Shown: positions 56,648 to 64,000 of the stretch, in pieces
Position numbering within the stretch: the first letter of the stretch is position 1
How the letters are laid out: each line of letters starts with the position of its first letter
Assembly: GCA_963665125.2 (NCBI GenBank)
Contig: CAXXUK010000001.1
Span: forward strand, 480,001-544,000
DNA length: 64,000 bases
Direction: 5' to 3'
Source: an uncultured Desulfarculus sp.
GTDB lineage: Bacteria > Desulfobacterota > Desulfarculia > Desulfarculales > Desulfarculaceae
Translations under genes and position numbers: made by a program
Notes under the pieces: model-generated
Seen by the model: the letters and a program-made list of their open reading frames with translations, nothing else
What the model was told of the DNA's origin: nothing
Database searches by the model: none

Positions 56648-57643
56648 CTAGAACTGAATCAATGCGCTTCCCCAGGTGAGCCCGCCGCCGAAGACCAGCA
56701 TGCAAACCAAGTCGCCGGGTTGAACGCGGCCGGTGTGAACTGCCTCGGCCAGGGCTATTGCCGAACTGGCGGCGCTGATATTGGCGTATTTATCAATAGT
56801 TATGACAAACCTATCCAGAGGCACGCCCATGCGTTTGGATATCTGCTGGATCATGCGCAGGTTTGCCTGATGGGGCACGAAATGGGCAACATCGTCGTAG
56901 GTCAGGTTGTAGCGCCCCAAAATGGTATCCACGGAATGGACAAATTTATGAACAGCGGTTTTAAGGGAGTTGGCTGCATTATACAAGCGCAGGGAATGCT
57001 TCTTGGCGTTTACGGAGTCGTGGTCAATGGGTGTGGTCAATGATCCGCCGCCGGGCAGTTGCAGGTCTTGGCCGTTGTATCCGTCGGTGCCGATGTAGGT
57101 GTCAATGAGCTCGGGCGTGGTTTCTTCGCCGTCAACGGCTGTTAAAACAACCGCCCCGGCCCCGTCGCCCCACAGCACGCAGTTGGCCCGGTCGGTCCAG
57201 TCCTGGACCCGGGTCATTACCTCGGCGCCAACCACCAGAATTGTTTTGGCCGCGCCGCTGGCCAGGTAGCGGTGAGCCACGTCCAAGGCGAAAACAAAGC
57301 CCGAACAGGCGGCGGAGACATCGAAGGATACAGCCTGATGGGCTTCAAGTTTGGCTTCCAGAAAGTTGGCCGCCGAAGGGCAGCACATATCCGGCGTGAC
57401 CGTGGCCACAACAATCACATCCAGGTCTTGGGCGGTTATTCCGGCGTTTTCCATTGCCATCTTGGATGCCTCGAAGGCTAGATGGCTGGTGGCCTGATCA
57501 GGGCGGGCAATGCGTCTTTCACGAATACCCGTGCGCTTGACTATCCATTCATCGGTGGTGTCGAGACTTTTTTCCAGATCGAAATTGGTGAGAACTTTTT
57601 CGGGAACATAAAAACCGGTACCAGATACCTTTATGCAACTCAT
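56648..57643 (-). CDS. fabH: Beta-ketoacyl-ACP synthase III
   Basis: RTGIRERR, AACSGF, GDGAGA, PHQANLR, NISAAS and FGGGLTWG motifs. Confidence 0.94.
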   Translation of the reverse strand: MSCIKVSGTGFYVPEKVLTNFDLEKSLDTTDEWIVKRTGIRERRIARPDQATSHLAFEASKMAMENAGITAQDLDVIVVATVTPDMCCPSAANFLEAKLEAHQAVSFDVSAACSGFVFALDVAHRYLASGAAKTILVVGAEVMTRVQDWTDRANCVLWGDGAGAVVLTAVDGEETTPELIDTYIGTDGYNGQDLQLPGGGSLTTPIDHDSVNAKKHSLRLYNAANSLKTAVHKFVHSVDTILGRYNLTYDDVAHFVPHQANLRMIQQISKRMGVPLDRFVITIDKYANISAASSAIALAEAVHTGRVQPGDLVCMLVFGGGLTWGSALIQF

Positions 57644-57772
57644 TAAAATAGCTCCAAAAATATGCCCAATCACGTGGCGCTGGGTGCGGCGTAGGTGCAC
57701 ATGGGTTGCTGTTGCTGGATGCCGCTACCGCCTATAATACACATAAACGGCGTTTGTGTATAACCATTCACC

Positions 57773-57815
57773 AAAATTCAAGGGCCGCACCGTGTTTTTG
57801 GGTGCGGCCCTTGAA
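57773..57815 (-). terminator. Intrinsic terminator after ppdK
   Basis: TTCAAGGGCCGCACC...GGTGCGGCCCTTGAA perfect stem, followed by TTTT on the minus strand. Confidence 0.8.
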
Positions 57816-57829
57816 GTAATTACTTTAGA

Positions 57830-60511
<2,682 letters not shown>

Positions 60512-60684
60512 GATTAAGCCTCCCTCGGATTTGGTGCTCAACAAGGTAAGTACCGTGCACCAATATAAATTACCTATTCGGTTTTTTGCCAACTCTACTT
60601 AGCACCCCAAAGGGGGATGCGCAAGCGAGTTGTATACAAAACAAACGAAGCGGCTCCAAAAGGAAACCGCTTCGGGATCTACTG

Positions 60685-61095
60685 CTATGAATCGGTTTTT
60701 TTAGTCAACTCAGCCAGCCATTGGGGAAGACGGCGAATTTTGCCGTCGGTGTCAACGCAGGCGTGCACCGTGTAACCGGCCACCAACTCCTTTTCCTTGC
60801 CGTTATCCGTGCGAAGCACCCGATAGTCGAACTGCATCGAAGCCTTTTTCACCCAGGTAAGGTTGGTTTCAATGGTCAGATCTTCGTCATAGCGGGCCGA
60901 TAGTTTATATTTGATGTGGGCCTCGGTCACCGGCAGATGCAGGCCCTGGTCGGCCAACTCGGAATAGGTCTTGCCGGCAGAGCGCATCAATTCGGCCCGT
61001 CCCCGCTCGAAATAACGCATATAATTACCATAATAAACTACACCCATGGCATCAGTATCGCCGAACAGCGGCCTCATGCGCCAGCGGTGAATCAT
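60685..61095 (-). CDS. Acyl-CoA thioesterase (YbgC/4HBT family)
   Basis: DTDAMGVVYYGNY..YFE.GR motif. Confidence 0.92.
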   Translation of the reverse strand: MIHRWRMRPLFGDTDAMGVVYYGNYMRYFERGRAELMRSAGKTYSELADQGLHLPVTEAHIKYKLSARYDEDLTIETNLTWVKKASMQFDYRVLRTDNGKEKELVAGYTVHACVDTDGKIRRLPQWLAELTKKTDS

Positions 61096-62291
61096 TTTTT
61101 TTGCACCAGCCTTTCGATGAGTTCATGGGCCCGATCGACAAACAGCCCGCTGGCCTTGGCGTCCGGTTCATTGAATCCCGCGCCGCCCATAGTCTGATTC
61201 TCGGAGTCCCAAATCACGAAAGGCACCGGCTGGATGCCGTGGGTCTTGGTGCTGATGGGCGTGTAGTGGTCGGGCATCAGCAGCACCCGGTGGGGCCCCA
61301 AGGCCGCGGCCCTTTCCAGGATCGGCCCGACGATTTTCGCGTCAAAGTCTTCGATTGCCTGAAGCTTGAGCTCGGCTTTGCCGCTGTGGCCCGCCTCGTC
61401 CGGGGCCTCGACATGCACGAAAACCACATCGCCCGAGGCCAGGCCTTCGATGGCCGCGTCGACCTTCCCGGCGTAGTTCGTGTCCAGCCAGCCCGTGGCG
61501 CCGGGCACATCCACCGGCGGCAGACCGGCCAGCACACCCAGGCCCTTGACCAAGTCCACGGCCGATATGGTTCGGCCCGTCAGACCAAAGCGTTCCATGT
61601 AGGTGGGCAGGGTGGGTTTGGTGCCCTGGCCCCAGAGCCAGATGGAGTTTGCAGGGGACTTGCCATCATTGGCTCTTTGGATATTGGCCGGGTGCCCCTC
61701 AAGCAGGGGCCACGACGCCTTGGTAAGTTCGGTAATTAGCCCCAGGCCTTGGCCGCTGACCAGTACATCGTCCACACGTTGGCCGGTGCGGTCGTGGGGC
61801 GGCACCGTGGCCGCGTCCAGGGGGCCGTTTTGCCAGACCAGCAAATGGCGGTAGCTCACGCCCGGATGAAAGCGCAGGCCTTCCCTGCCCAGATTTTCGT
61901 CCAGGCTTTTGATCAGCTCGGCGGCAATGTCGGTCTCCAGGTGACCGGCGGAATAATCCAACATGGTCACGCCGTCCGTGCGGTCCAGGGTGACCATGTT
62001 GCAGCGGAAGGCGATGTCCTCCGGACCCAGGTCCACACCCATGGATGCCGCCTCGATGGGCGACCGTCCGGTGTGGTACTTGGCCGGGTCATAGCCCATC
62101 AGCGACATGTTGGCCACGTCGCTGCCCGGCTCCATGCCCTGGGGGATGGTCGAGGTCAGGCCCAGGGATCCTCCTTGGGCCAGCCGGTCCATGTTCGGCG
62201 TGAATGCCTGCTGCAGAATGGTTTTGCCGCCGTACTGGGCCATGGGCTCGTCGCCCATGCCGTCGCCGACCAAAATGATGTACTTCATCAC
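61092..62291 (-). CDS. apgM: Cofactor-independent phosphoglycerate mutase, ApgM-type (hom-associated)
   Basis: GDGMGD, PGSDVAN, HVEAPDEAGH and PDHYTP motifs. Confidence 0.9.
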   Translation of the reverse strand: MMKYIILVGDGMGDEPMAQYGGKTILQQAFTPNMDRLAQGGSLGLTSTIPQGMEPGSDVANMSLMGYDPAKYHTGRSPIEAASMGVDLGPEDIAFRCNMVTLDRTDGVTMLDYSAGHLETDIAAELIKSLDENLGREGLRFHPGVSYRHLLVWQNGPLDAATVPPHDRTGQRVDDVLVSGQGLGLITELTKASWPLLEGHPANIQRANDGKSPANSIWLWGQGTKPTLPTYMERFGLTGRTISAVDLVKGLGVLAGLPPVDVPGATGWLDTNYAGKVDAAIEGLASGDVVFVHVEAPDEAGHSGKAELKLQAIEDFDAKIVGPILERAAALGPHRVLLMPDHYTPISTKTHGIQPVPFVIWDSENQTMGGAGFNEPDAKASGLFVDRAHELIERLVQKK

Positions 62292-62314
62292 CCAAACTAC
62301 CCCGGCGAGTCGGT

Positions 62315-63622
62315 TTAACCGGCCACGCGGATAAGTACTGTGTCCTCGGCGATCACCGGCAGGGCGTTTATCACGGCCAGGGCGTTTTGCACCGCCGCCT
62401 CGCCGGCCTCATGGGTCAGCATGACGATGGGAACCGGCCCGCCGCTCTGACGCCCCTTTTGGATTACCGCCTCGATGGAAATATCGTTTTCGGCAAGTAT
62501 CTTGCTGATGGCCGCCAAGACGCCAGGTTTGTCCTGGGCGCCGAAGCGGAAATAGTACTTGCTGGATGCATGTTCCAGGGCGGCCAATTCCAGGCGTCCC
62601 CTGTCTGGAGTGGCCGAACCCAGGGGCGGTACACGGCCCGGAGCGCCGCTGAGCACGTCCCTGGCCAGGTCGACGACATCGCCCACAACTGCCGAGGCCG
62701 TGGGCCTGCGGCCGGCGCCCCGGCCGTACAATAGGACTTCGCCCACCCAGTCGCCCACGGCGTACAGGGCGTTGAATGGCCCGTCCACGTTGGCCATGGG
62801 GTGGCCGAAGGGAACCAGGGCCGGATGAACCCTGGCCTCCACCGTGTCGCCGGCCAGATCCAGGACGGCCAGGAGCTTGATTTTGAAACCGAACTCACGG
62901 GCGAAGCGGATGTCCAAGGGCGTAATTCCGGTTATGCCCTCGGTGGGGATGTCGGCCAGCTCCGGCTGTTTGCCTGTGACCAGGGCGGCCACGATGGCCA
63001 GCTTGTGGGCTGTGTCGGTGCCTTGAACGTCAAAGGTTGGATCCGCCTCGGCATAGCCAGCTTCCTGGGCCTGTTTGAGGACGTCCGCGTATTCCGCGCC
63101 CTTGTTGGTCATCTCGCTGAGGATGAAGTTGCATGTGCCGTTGAGTATGCCCAGGCAGGAGCTGATTTTGTTGGCGGCCAGGCCCTCCCGAAGGGAGCGG
63201 ATCAGCGGTATTCCGCCGCCCACCGAGGCCTCGAAGGCCACGCCGACCTTGTGCTTTTCCGCGGCCTTGAATATCTCCCGGCCGTGATGGGCCAGAAGGG
63301 CCTTGTTGGCCGTGGCCACGTGCTTTCCTGCGGCAATGGCCTCCAGCACCAGAGTGCGGGCCGGCTCCAGGCCGCCGATGAGTTCCACCACGATATCGAT
63401 GTCGGGGTCGTTGATTACGTCCCGGCCGTCGGGCGTGTACACGCCGTCGGCCAGGCACAGGCCGTCGGCCAGGTTTTTATCCAGGTCCGCGGCCTTGACC
63501 AGGTTCATATCGGCGCCGATCAGATCGGAAAGGCGTTTTTTATGGGCGAGCAAAAGCTCGGCGACCCCGCCTCCCACCGTGCCCAGACCGATTAGCCCGA
63601 TGTTTACGCTGTGTTTAGCCAT
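62315..63622 (-). CDS. hom: Homoserine dehydrogenase (with ACT domain)
   Basis: GLGTVGGG, TANKA, EASVGGGIP, GILNGT and GYAEADP motifs; C-terminal ACT domain DKPGVLA. Confidence 0.96.
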   Translation of the reverse strand: MAKHSVNIGLIGLGTVGGGVAELLLAHKKRLSDLIGADMNLVKAADLDKNLADGLCLADGVYTPDGRDVINDPDIDIVVELIGGLEPARTLVLEAIAAGKHVATANKALLAHHGREIFKAAEKHKVGVAFEASVGGGIPLIRSLREGLAANKISSCLGILNGTCNFILSEMTNKGAEYADVLKQAQEAGYAEADPTFDVQGTDTAHKLAIVAALVTGKQPELADIPTEGITGITPLDIRFAREFGFKIKLLAVLDLAGDTVEARVHPALVPFGHPMANVDGPFNALYAVGDWVGEVLLYGRGAGRRPTASAVVGDVVDLARDVLSGAPGRVPPLGSATPDRGRLELAALEHASSKYYFRFGAQDKPGVLAAISKILAENDISIEAVIQKGRQSGGPVPIVMLTHEAGEAAVQNALAVINALPVIAEDTVLIRVAG

Positions 63623-63643
63623 TTAAAATCCCCCGGCCCAAGA

Positions 63644-64000
63644 TCAACCAAAAAACTTGCGCAGCCCGCGGATTGCCTGGTTGGTCCTTTGCTCGTTTTC
63701 AACCAAGGCGAAACGCACGTATTCGTCGCCGTATTCACCGAAACCAATGCCTGGACTTACGGCCACGCCCGCGCCTTCGACCAGGCGCTTGCTGAACTCG
63801 ACAGATCCCAGATTGATGTATTCATCGGGAATCTTGGCCCATACAAACATTGTACCCTTGGGCGAGGGAACATCCCAGCCGATGCGGTTGAGGCCCGTGA
63901 TAAGGGTGTCCCGGCGGCTGCGGTAAACATCGACTATCTCCTGCACGCAGCTTTGGTCTTCGTTCATGGCGATGATGCCGGCGATCTGGATGGGCTGGAA
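63644..64000 (-). CDS. alaC: Class I/II aminotransferase (AlaC-like), 5'-truncated by the window edge
   Basis: YRSRRD, TMFVW and [25 protein letters not shown] motifs; the ORF continues past position 64000. Confidence 0.75.
   Translation of the reverse strand, partial: FQPIQIAGIIAMNEDQSCVQEIVDVYRSRRDTLITGLNRIGWDVPSPKGTMFVWAKIPDEYINLGSVEFSKRLVEGAGVAVSPGIGFGEYGDEYVRFALVENEQRTNQAIRGLRKFFG

Noticed and set aside
60599..60625. CIRCE-like TTAGCACCC upstream of ppdK
   Set aside because: The right half does not match GAGTGCTAA.

Overview
A GC-rich chromosomal segment of an anaerobic deltaproteobacterium (Desulfobacterota; Desulfarculaceae-like by gene style, which is inference). It is mostly housekeeping and metabolic genes (tldD/pmbA, hisB/hisA, lepB, thrC, rlmH, purC, mdh, queE, fchA/folD, panB/panE, pyk, fabH, ppdK, apgM, hom) plus one tRNA-Ala(CGC). 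No integrase, transposase, prophage or CRISPR array was seen. The most striking element is a compact putative RiPP system at 12969-14597. It consists of a 20-aa Cys-rich peptide (MKIKKIVRTQRGLCKCKSSC) with its own promoter, operator-like palindrome, RBS and terminator, an 8-Cys partner protein, and a radical SAM/SPASM enzyme with an N-terminal PqqD/RRE-like domain. It sits directly beside a metal/thiol-homeostasis gene block. Other notable items: a Tat-signal TldD with a signal-less PmbA partner, a pan-motif-like leader RNA before panB, a FolD with the cyclohydrolase Gln replaced by Glu next to FchA, a sensor-less histidine kinase/ANTAR pair, an octaheme HAO-type cytochrome, a sulfite-oxidase-family protein lacking the Mo-ligating Cys, and a composite palindromic REP-like element. 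All family calls come from motif recognition by eye; no database searches were run.
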